Shown here piece by piece: positions 10,061-17,983 of a DNA stretch of 47,050 bases; position 1 is the first letter of the stretch, and each line of letters starts with the position of its first letter. Source of the DNA: a virus (lineage: Duplodnaviria; Caudoviricetes); IMG/VR virus record IMGVR_UViG_3300028293_000010, positions 1 through 47,050 of that record, one strand, 5' to 3'. The notes below the pieces were generated by a model. That model had not been told where the DNA came from, ran no database searches, and saw nothing but the letters and a program-made list of their open reading frames with translations. Both the position numbers and the translations under genes were made by a program.

Positions 10061-10408
10061 TTAGCCCACAACTTCCCATACAAACGTCTTCGACGCCGGA
10101 ATCAGCGCCGCCGGGATGGTGAACGTGCCACCATCCGGTGCCCCCTGCAGACCGACAGTGATGCCAGTCGGCGATGCCGCCAGCGTACGCGTACCTGCGG
10201 CCACGGTATGCAGTGCCGCACCGTTGGCCATGCCCGCGATCCATTCATCGCTGATGCCGTCGGTCGTATTGAACCAACGCACGTGGCGTGGTACGAAGCC
10301 AACCGTAAACACAGTGTTTGCCGCTGCTGCAGCATCCGTCACGACGTAGCCCGTCGCGAAGTTGTTGACGCCCATCGATTGCGTGATGGTATTGGTAGTC
10401 AGTGCCAT
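10061..10408 (-). CDS. Putative capsid decoration / minor virion protein
   Basis: GAAGGAGA RBS, start MALTTNTITQ; contains VGFVPRHVRWFN; downstream of the capsid gene. Confidence 0.6.
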   Translation of the reverse strand: MALTTNTITQSMGVNNFATGYVVTDAAAAANTVFTVGFVPRHVRWFNTTDGISDEWIAGMANGAALHTVAAGTRTLAASPTGITVGLQGAPDGGTFTIPAALIPASKTFVWEVVG

Positions 10409-10421
10409 GTTGTCATCTCCT

Positions 10422-10856
10422 TCAAGCGACAGTGGTAATTGGGGGTGGATCGCCATTTGCAGCGAATGTGGTGGTAGCCACACCGGCATCGGCGTCGAGA
10501 GAGGCATTGGTCAGCATGATCGAATCGCGCAGCGAGTTCAGATCCGTAACCACCGAACTGAGATTGGTAGTCCCACCAGTACCGCCGCCACCGCCGCCTG
10601 CGATCTGCTTCCTGATCTCCACGATCAGCGCCTCAAACAGCTTCTTGGTTTCCGGGTCCACCGCCGACGCTTGCACCAGCATCGTTGCCGCTGGCATCGG
10701 CGCATCCGCCGCCAGCGGTGACAAGTCGAACTCCTTCCGGCGTTCGACCGGCACTTCCTTCTCGGCCTTGCCCTTCACGTGCCGCTTGTCGTATTCCCGC
10801 TGACGTTTTTCGGCGTCAGCCTCATCCTGAATCACTTGATCATGTCTGGTAGTCAT
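10422..10856 (-). CDS. Hypothetical virion-module protein
   Basis: 144 aa ORF with AAGGAG RBS directly after the capsid gene. Confidence 0.6.
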   Translation of the reverse strand: MTTRHDQVIQDEADAEKRQREYDKRHVKGKAEKEVPVERRKEFDLSPLAADAPMPAATMLVQASAVDPETKKLFEALIVEIRKQIAGGGGGGTGGTTNLSSVVTDLNSLRDSIMLTNASLDADAGVATTTFAANGDPPPITTVA

Positions 10857-10865
10857 GACGACTCC

Positions 10866-11912
10866 TTACGCCGTCGCCGCGACTTCAGCACGGACCAGAT
10901 ACGCATCCTGCAGAATCACTGCAGCTTGCCACGCCTTCCAGCCCACCGTGCCGCGTTGCCCCAGTGGGTCACCCGCCGACGGTTTCGGGTTGACCACCAT
11001 CGGCGTCAGCGAGTCCTTGCCTTTCAGCGGCACGATACCGAACGCATCGCGAGCGATGAACAGGATCGGGTACACGTCAGCGTTGGTGCCGCTGGTGGAA
11101 CGCATCAGACCCTTCGCACCACCGGCATCGGGGAACGGCGCAAAGATGGTGCTAGTCAGGTAGCGCACGCGCTCGACTGCACCGATCTCGTTCTCATACG
11201 GCGTTGTAGTGCCGTACTGCTTCGGGTTGATATAGCCAGCCATGGTACGGATGTCCGTTTCCAGATCCGGATGCGCCAGCGCAATGAACGCGCCTTCCAC
11301 CGGTTCCGTGCGGTAGTCCGGCGTGGACTTGACCACACTGGTGATCATCTTGCCGTTCTGGCGCAGGATGCTGGTGGTGATCTGCCGCTGCAGTGCCAGT
11401 GAAATCGGCGTTACCACGCCTGCACGCGTCGTCACGGTCGGGGCACCCGCATAGTACACATTGGTCCCCGCCTTCAGGATGTTGAAGCGAATCGTCTCGA
11501 TGGTCATCGCCGCCTGTTCCGACATGATCGCGGTGGCTTCACGCAGCACCGGATCTTCGTGGGTGTCGGCAATGACATCAGTGGTGGTCACGTAATCACC
11601 ATACTGGTTCAGCTGGACCGTGTAATCCTGCATCGCCAGCCGGTTCCCTGCCGGAGTCACGCCTTCGACCAGTGGCGTCAGCGCCAACGGCACGTAATAC
11701 GCCTGCGTGGCAACACCGTTACCGGCAGCACCGGTCGCACCTTGCAGGAAGTAACGCCGGAACTTGGCCGTCTTCGTGCTGTTGGTGGGGATCGGATACG
11801 ACTGTCCGAACTTCTCGATCACCATGTAAGGCATCGCTCGCGTGAGCAGATCCTTCATGACGTAAGCGACGGTACGCGGGGTAATATCGCCGTAGGTGGT
11901 TACATTTGCCAT
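10866..11912 (-). CDS. Major capsid protein, N4-gp56-like family
   Basis: 348 aa; TYGDITPRT, P..NSTKTAKFRRY, LVEGVTP, QYG, DVYP, DPLGQRGTVGWK motifs. Confidence 0.9.
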   Translation of the reverse strand: MANVTTYGDITPRTVAYVMKDLLTRAMPYMVIEKFGQSYPIPTNSTKTAKFRRYFLQGATGAAGNGVATQAYYVPLALTPLVEGVTPAGNRLAMQDYTVQLNQYGDYVTTTDVIADTHEDPVLREATAIMSEQAAMTIETIRFNILKAGTNVYYAGAPTVTTRAGVVTPISLALQRQITTSILRQNGKMITSVVKSTPDYRTEPVEGAFIALAHPDLETDIRTMAGYINPKQYGTTTPYENEIGAVERVRYLTSTIFAPFPDAGGAKGLMRSTSGTNADVYPILFIARDAFGIVPLKGKDSLTPMVVNPKPSAGDPLGQRGTVGWKAWQAAVILQDAYLVRAEVAATA

Positions 11913-11939
11913 CGTGTATACTCCCTAAATGGGGTTGGG

Positions 11940-12953
11940 TTACTTCTCGGCAATTGCCTCGGCCCACGCCGCATCAAAATCATTGGGGTCTGCCGCTGCA
12001 GTTGTTGCCGTCCGTTTACCTTCGACCACACCCATCGCCTTCGCCGCTTTTTTGGCTGCTTCTGAAATGTTGGTCACCTTCCCGGCAGGTGTCGCCACCG
12101 CAGGCTTTACTGCCGCTGCAGGAATGGCTGGTACTGCCCGTCCAGTTGCCTTCTTGAACTCGGAGATCAGGTCAATCACCTCATCCGGTTCACCTGCTTC
12201 AACCACTGCTTCGTACACCTTACGCTGCATACCCTTGAGGGTACCGACCCATGCCGACACCTCAGCATGCAACGCTTCGTTGTAATCGTTGTGCCCCTTA
12301 CGGATCTCGCCGACCACCGTGTGGTCTTCCAGCGCCGTCGTTGACTGCAGCGCCTGTGTGATCAACGGGTCGTACACCCGCTTGATCTCATGGAACACAT
12401 GCCGCACGGCAGCAGTCAATTCACCGCGCATTCTCAATTGTGACGCCCGCGCCACATCAGGCCAGTCCTCCTCGAAACGTGCCAGCATCGCCTTCTCGTC
12501 GGCGCTGTACAGTTCCGGCTCAACCTGCTGCTGGGGTGCTGCTTGCTGCTGCACAGGAGCCGGAGGCGGGGGCGTGGGCGTCTGCGCAGCAGCCGCCTGC
12601 TGTGCCTGCAACTCCTTGTACTTCGCTTCCCAGTCAGTCGCCGCTTGGGACGCGCCTGCTGCTGCGGCCTCACCCGCTTCACCCCCTTCGACCACAGGTG
12701 CAGGTGGTTCTGCCACAGCAGCAGGGGCTGCTGGCGTCGCACTCTCCCCGGAAGCTGGTTCTGCCGGAGGCGGCGTTGCCGCTTCAGCCTTGGACGCATC
12801 CGCTGCTTGCTGTAAAGCGGCAGGCGACGATGTGGTATCGGTGTTAGCTGGAGTTGGTGTTGGTTCCATCAACTCGTCAAATACGCTGGAAAACTCCGCG
12901 TATGTTGCTGCTGGTGTTGCGGGTGCTTCCGGTGCTTGCTCGGTCTGGTCCAT
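11940..12953 (-). CDS. Putative capsid scaffolding protein
   Basis: 337 aa acidic Ala/Pro-rich protein immediately upstream of the capsid gene; C-terminal DFDAAW. Confidence 0.7.
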   Translation of the reverse strand: MDQTEQAPEAPATPAATYAEFSSVFDELMEPTPTPANTDTTSSPAALQQAADASKAEAATPPPAEPASGESATPAAPAAVAEPPAPVVEGGEAGEAAAAGASQAATDWEAKYKELQAQQAAAAQTPTPPPPAPVQQQAAPQQQVEPELYSADEKAMLARFEEDWPDVARASQLRMRGELTAAVRHVFHEIKRVYDPLITQALQSTTALEDHTVVGEIRKGHNDYNEALHAEVSAWVGTLKGMQRKVYEAVVEAGEPDEVIDLISEFKKATGRAVPAIPAAAVKPAVATPAGKVTNISEAAKKAAKAMGVVEGKRTATTAAADPNDFDAAWAEAIAEK

Positions 12954-12962
12954 GGCTAAAGC

Positions 12963-12991
12963 CTTATAGTGATTTCGTTTTCTATTGTCAA
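12963..12991 (-). promoter_or_regulatory. Sigma70-type promoter for the scaffold/capsid genes
   Basis: TTGACA-17 bp-TATAAG on the minus strand, with tandem CTAACTTAC upstream (13007-13024). Confidence 0.7.
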
Positions 12992-13020
12992 CAAAAACGC
13001 GTGTTAGTAAGTTAGGTAAG

Positions 13021-13251
13021 TTAGCTACTCATGGGCTTTTCGATCATGTACTTCAGCATCCGCCGCCATGCCTTAGCTTCACTTTGTTTATCCGCCAACT
13101 CCTGCAGTGTGCAATCGATGAATTCTTCCTTCAACCGCTCCAGATTCGACTCCACCAACGTCTTCATCGCTACCAACGTTGGTTCTCCGCGCTGCGTATA
13201 GAGCAGGTTGCGCAACGCTACTTCTTCCTTTTTATCGATACGAACACTCAA
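13021..13251 (-). CDS. Small hypothetical protein between portal and scaffold
   Basis: 76 aa helical ORF overlapping the portal stop (ATGA); typical podovirus position. Confidence 0.7.
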   Translation of the reverse strand: MSVRIDKKEEVALRNLLYTQRGEPTLVAMKTLVESNLERLKEEFIDCTLQELADKQSEAKAWRRMLKYMIEKPMSS

Positions 13252-15419
13252 TGCCCACCTCCATTCAGTTTCGGCGGATTCAGCCGCTTCTGCGTTTCCT
13301 CGATGCCGTCAGGCACCGTGCCAACATGTCGCGACATCGCCACATCGGTCGGCGTCACGCCCTTCTCCAGTCCCGCCAGAATCGAGTTATACGTCGCCGC
13401 GTTACCCTTGGCTGTATTGGCATCGGATTGGGTCAGCGCCTTCACCGAATCAGCCAGCAGCTTACGCACTTCCGCCGACAGCAGTTCAGCCTGCTGTTGC
13501 TGTTGAGCTTGCTGTGCTTTCGCTTGTGATTCCTCACGCTGCTTGGCTTCAGCATCGCTGCACATCACCAGATCCACATCCATGTCCCGTACCTGCAGCC
13601 GCGCCTTGAGCAGCCCACGCCAGTCGATATACAGCTTCTCCTGATCGTTCAGTGACTGCGCCAGCACGTCGTACTGCATCCCCAGCACCTCCTTCGCCAT
13701 CAGGCTGGTAGAGCCACGGGGCACCGGTTGAAAGTCGCCTTTAATTGATTCCTTCGGATTAAAGTGACGATTAAACGCCAGCAACGCTGAGAACACCGAA
13801 TAGGTGAACTGGTCGAAGTTGCGCACCACATCCTTGAACGGCAACGCAGCATCGCCCTTGATCATCGACGCTCCGGCAGCGGTGCGATATGGCTCACTGG
13901 GAGCCTTCGACATATCGCCACCAGTAGCCGGACTGACAAACGTTTCCTTATCGGCAAAGTCGGTGAACAAGGTGATGATCTCGCGCAGTTCCTGAATGTG
14001 GCTATCGATTGGAATCGAGCGCACGGCGGGGATCGTCGCCGACACTCCCGTGTCGTCGCGATACCACGTCTTGTGCGCGTGCACGTTGGCTACATCCTGA
14101 TCGGCCCGTAACAATTCGGTGTTAACTTCCAGATTCTGTCCGCACACCACGCTGGCATTATCGAGCGTCATCCGCGTCGCTGCACATACGCCCATCTGCG
14201 AATCGCGCATGATCTGCGGCAAGCCCTGTCCGACCAGACTGGAGTCGTCTTCCTCAAACACAAAATGGTGGTACGACTTGATCGCGTCTTCCTCCAGAAT
14301 CTCCCACGGACTTAGCGACGCCCGAATTACCGTACCGTCGATCATCCAGATCACGCCACGCACCTGCTCGGTCAGATCCTCCGACTCGACTTCCACACCA
14401 GCACCCTGCAATTCCTCTCCACCCAGATACCCATCCCAAATCAGGATCTCGTACTTGCGCCCATCGTTGGAAGTCGAGTTGATCTGCGGCCCCATGTTCT
14501 TCAGTTCCGACTCGAATGGCCGCGCCTTGTAATTGCCCTGCTGGTGGTCTTCCAGATACTTCAGGATGATCGAGCCGAAGAACTCCGGCTTGTCGGCCAG
14601 TTCGCGCAGCTGCTGCCGCGACATCACCTGCCGTTCGAACTGTCCATCCATCTGGTGGAAGTACCTTGCACTCATATCCGGGTAATAGTCCCAGATCGAA
14701 CAGAAATCAAACTGTGGCATCAGCGCATCAACCTCCAGCGGACTGAGCTTGCCCTGATCGTCGCGCTGCCAACGCCGATGCTTTTCTGAACGCGCATATG
14801 GTCCCTTCATGATGCCCATGCCGTAGGTAATACCTGACATGAGTACCTTACGCACCAACGACACATAATCGACCATCTTATCGCCGCCGATACTGCCCAG
14901 CTGATCCTCGATCTCCCGCTCCAGATTGACCGCCTTGGGGGCCGCGAAATTGCGGATCGCTGTCTCGATCATGATGTCTTCCACCGGTTGCCCCTGCGCC
15001 GTCTGCTCGACCAGCGCCAGCACCTGCGCCATGTCTCCTTCACTGAGATTGGGAACTGGCGAAGCCATGATCCCCCAGTTTTTCTCACCGCCGGAGAACA
15101 GCAGATGCATCAGCCGCGCCAGCATCGATACGCACTTGACTCGCGTCAACTTCGGATAAGCCTTGGAGCGTGTTGCATCCAGCTGTGATTCGATCTCCGG
15201 GTCGTACTGCCCCAACCGCTGGCGCAGGTTCTTCATCCACCGTATCTCGGCCATGCGCCGGTCAGCCTCGTAGGTACGAAATAAAGCCGACAGACGCTGG
15301 CCCAAAGCCCGCATCTGCTCGGGGCTACGCACAGGCAGCGGCGGGGGTGCCTCCGAAGGAATGTCCTGCGCCAGCGGATTGGTTTGAGTGGTGTCAATTA
15401 ATCGCGGGTCCAGTGGCAT
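13248..15419 (-). CDS. Portal protein
   Basis: 723 aa directly after TerL; YP.LTRVKC, WDYYPD, G.GLPQIMRDSQ..., RTAAGASM motifs. Confidence 0.85.
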   Translation of the reverse strand: MPLDPRLIDTTQTNPLAQDIPSEAPPPLPVRSPEQMRALGQRLSALFRTYEADRRMAEIRWMKNLRQRLGQYDPEIESQLDATRSKAYPKLTRVKCVSMLARLMHLLFSGGEKNWGIMASPVPNLSEGDMAQVLALVEQTAQGQPVEDIMIETAIRNFAAPKAVNLEREIEDQLGSIGGDKMVDYVSLVRKVLMSGITYGMGIMKGPYARSEKHRRWQRDDQGKLSPLEVDALMPQFDFCSIWDYYPDMSARYFHQMDGQFERQVMSRQQLRELADKPEFFGSIILKYLEDHQQGNYKARPFESELKNMGPQINSTSNDGRKYEILIWDGYLGGEELQGAGVEVESEDLTEQVRGVIWMIDGTVIRASLSPWEILEEDAIKSYHHFVFEEDDSSLVGQGLPQIMRDSQMGVCAATRMTLDNASVVCGQNLEVNTELLRADQDVANVHAHKTWYRDDTGVSATIPAVRSIPIDSHIQELREIITLFTDFADKETFVSPATGGDMSKAPSEPYRTAAGASMIKGDAALPFKDVVRNFDQFTYSVFSALLAFNRHFNPKESIKGDFQPVPRGSTSLMAKEVLGMQYDVLAQSLNDQEKLYIDWRGLLKARLQVRDMDVDLVMCSDAEAKQREESQAKAQQAQQQQQAELLSAEVRKLLADSVKALTQSDANTAKGNAATYNSILAGLEKGVTPTDVAMSRHVGTVPDGIEETQKRLNPPKLNGGGH

Positions 15420-15426
15420 GATGTTC

Positions 15427-16836
15427 TCACCTGAACGCGTACTGATTCACCCGCTGTACCGGGATTGGTGTACGCTGTTGTTGCCGGGCAAAGCGTCCGG
15501 CGGCATGTTGGCAGTAACGGCACAAATATGAAAACCCGTCACCCGTATGGCTATGGTTATTCTTCTGGGGGTCCAGTTTTTTATCGCCCTTCCGATTTGT
15601 CTCATAGCGCCAGCCCCCTTGCAACGCCCGGATTAGCCCCTTGCAACGAGGGTCAATCAGCAACGCCGGTCCCTTCACCGTCAACCGCGTCGTGTAATGC
15701 TCAATCGCTGTCAACCGTGGCTCCAGCTGATTGTTCATGTCAGGGAACTTGACCGTGAACTTGGCTCGCCGGAAGTAGTCCACCGACGAGGCTTCATTCG
15801 AAGTCGCTCGTGCATCCGCTGCCGGGTCCGGTGCGATGATCGTCTCGTAGTCGGGGAAGCGCGCCCGCAGCAAGGGACGCAAGCGGTCGTTGATCAACCG
15901 CTCCGTACCGTAATCCTCCTGCACCAGTTCATCATAGACGAGCAACCGCCCATCCAGATCCTGCTGCCCGAAAATCAACGCACTGCCACCCACGCCGGGA
16001 TCGTAACCCACGATCAGGGGTAACAACGGAGTTGGTATTAAATGCTTGTCCGAGATGTGCAGCTGCGCGTTGAACGTCGGCACCACCGCCTTACCGGACA
16101 GCGAGTATCCCCACTGCACCTCGATGAACTGCTTGATCCAGTGCACCGACTTGCCAATCATCAGCGAGGTGTAATACTTTTCCCGCCCCGGCAAGTTCTC
16201 GACATTCTCGGCTTCTGCAGATAAGCCTGATGGCTGCTGATAAAGCATCACATTGTCGGGTTTATGCTCGTACAGGTACGCATACCACCAGTCATCCTCA
16301 TTCCCCGGATTCGACGCACCCCACATGCCCCAATTGGTAGCCCCGCCATCATTCTTGGTCGGGTAGCGTCCACACCGCGCTGCCAGCGCCTCGATGATCT
16401 TCTCATCGATCTGCACGAACTCGTCAATGATGGCAAACGTCACCTCCAGCGACAGCACCCGCGCCACGTCGTCTGCGGTGTCCAATGGCCGGAACAGCAC
16501 CTCGCACTCCACATCGCCGAACAGCAACGTGAACTTGCTGTCGGTGGCTCGCCACTCCCCCGCCTGCCCATCCTTGAACCAGTAATTCCACGACGTAAGC
16601 GTCGTATCCTTCAACTGCGGCATGGTGTTGCGGACGATCACCGCACGGCTGCGCCGCTTGCCGTCGATGGGAGACTTGGCTTGAAGGGATGCCATGTAGC
16701 AAAGCTTAAAGAAAATTCCGGTCGTCTTACCAGACCCCACCGGACCTACCGCCCAATCGAAGAACAACTCACCTTGCCGATGGTGTTTGATGAACTCCCG
16801 CATCGTCGGCGGCGGGGTGTAGTTGATGGTGGCCAT
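15427..16836 (-). CDS. terL: Terminase large subunit
   Basis: Walker A GPVGSGKT, VRNT.PQL, Walker B AIIDE, SNP motif, nuclease GYDPG and SH..DG..Y. Confidence 0.92.
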   Translation of the reverse strand: MATINYTPPPTMREFIKHHRQGELFFDWAVGPVGSGKTTGIFFKLCYMASLQAKSPIDGKRRSRAVIVRNTMPQLKDTTLTSWNYWFKDGQAGEWRATDSKFTLLFGDVECEVLFRPLDTADDVARVLSLEVTFAIIDEFVQIDEKIIEALAARCGRYPTKNDGGATNWGMWGASNPGNEDDWWYAYLYEHKPDNVMLYQQPSGLSAEAENVENLPGREKYYTSLMIGKSVHWIKQFIEVQWGYSLSGKAVVPTFNAQLHISDKHLIPTPLLPLIVGYDPGVGGSALIFGQQDLDGRLLVYDELVQEDYGTERLINDRLRPLLRARFPDYETIIAPDPAADARATSNEASSVDYFRRAKFTVKFPDMNNQLEPRLTAIEHYTTRLTVKGPALLIDPRCKGLIRALQGGWRYETNRKGDKKLDPQKNNHSHTGDGFSYLCRYCQHAAGRFARQQQRTPIPVQRVNQYAFR

Positions 16837-17051
16837 CAGTGTCTCGGCCCGAAGTACATCGGTGGTGCATCACAGGACATCACCATCATCATGTGCAGAT
16901 CAAGGAAGCCGATGAACGCCACCAGTTCATCATGCGTCATGTTATCGACGTTCAAGCCGTCCCACTCACAAGTCAGACCGTGGTGCTTGTAATACTCCTG
17001 CTGGGAATTCAAGCGCAGATTGGGATGTACCGGTACGGGTTTACGTTTCAT
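16836..17051 (-). CDS. Small hypothetical protein between terminase subunits
   Basis: 71 aa ORF overlapping both neighbours. Confidence 0.55.
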   Translation of the reverse strand: MKRKPVPVHPNLRLNSQQEYYKHHGLTCEWDGLNVDNMTHDELVAFIGFLDLHMMMVMSCDAPPMYFGPRH

Positions 17052-17473
17052 TTCGTATCCCCCAGATTGATCTGAATGGCGAAGGTGTTGCCAATGCCGA
17101 CTTCCCCCGTCTTGGTAGCGTCGTACCCGGCCCAGCGTACCGTGGACTTGATCAGGTCAGCCTGCACCGTGGTCGGCGTCGCCACATCGTGGATCAGCTG
17201 CCACGACTTCTCCAATAGCTTCTCGGCTTGCATCTTGGCCTTCAGCCGGAAGCTCACACCGTCCTTCTTCAGTTCATCGACAGCGTTGTTATACGCTAAC
17301 TGGAAGACGGGGTTCTGTGTCAACTCCGCAAACTCGGCGAAGTCGATGCCGTACGCCGCGCAGATCCGCTGCGGGGTATCGACATGCATCGCCAGTTCCA
17401 CCGGCAGCATCGGTGGAAAGCCAAGGATCGTCGCCGGATCTTTAAGCGGGTTATAAGGCGTGAGATTGTTCAC
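17048..17473 (-). CDS. Putative terminase small subunit
   Basis: 141 aa helical protein with an HTH-like N-terminal part and C-terminal FAIQINLG; upstream of TerL. Confidence 0.7.
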   Translation of the reverse strand: MNNLTPYNPLKDPATILGFPPMLPVELAMHVDTPQRICAAYGIDFAEFAELTQNPVFQLAYNNAVDELKKDGVSFRLKAKMQAEKLLEKSWQLIHDVATPTTVQADLIKSTVRWAGYDATKTGEVGIGNTFAIQINLGDTK

Positions 17474-17663
17474 GTTGGCCCTTCACTTTCTCGTAATAAC
17501 GGTGCTTTGCCGCCCGAAATTGCTCCGGATTAGCCTTAAACCATTGTCGATTGCGCATCCTTTTGCATGGTTTGCAGTAGTAATCCAGCCCATCTTTAGC
17601 CTGTCGATTAACGCCAAAATCGGTGTTTGGCAGGTCTTTATCGCATTCGGAACAGTGTTTCAC
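17451..17663 (-). CDS. Small zinc-finger protein (CxxC...CxxC, like the N-terminus of HNH/endonuclease VII proteins)
   Basis: KHCSECDKDLP..DF....AKDGLDYYCKPC; no nuclease domain follows. Confidence 0.65.
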   Translation of the reverse strand: MKHCSECDKDLPNTDFGVNRQAKDGLDYYCKPCKRMRNRQWFKANPEQFRAAKHRYYEKVKGQREQSHAL

Positions 17664-17974
17664 GGTGCCACCTCAAACATCGACTCAATAACAACGAAGC
17701 GCCCCTCCGCTGCCGCCTGCCCGATACCTTCCGACCACCAGCGGTAAGCCCAGACCCCACTCTGCTGGGCATCGATATTGACGTGGTACTTGCCCACGGC
17801 ATCCTTCTTCAAATCAGTGCTGATACCGTATTGCAGCTGGAAGGTATTACCATCTGGTTTGGTGTATTCAAAGTGCACCGTGGTCGGGTCAACCAGCGCC
17901 CCGTCGCCCATCGGCGGGGGCGCGTTGCGGAACTCGGTGTCGGCAACGACCAGTGATCCCAAGACGTAGCGCAT
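17660..17974 (-). CDS. Small beta-rich (Ig-like) virion protein
   Basis: 104 aa; LVDPTTV..., GKYH..., GVWAYRW pattern of phage virion accessory proteins. Confidence 0.6.
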   Translation of the reverse strand: MRYVLGSLVVADTEFRNAPPPMGDGALVDPTTVHFEYTKPDGNTFQLQYGISTDLKKDAVGKYHVNIDAQQSGVWAYRWWSEGIGQAAAEGRFVVIESMFEVAP

Positions 17975-17983
17975 GTTCTTTCC

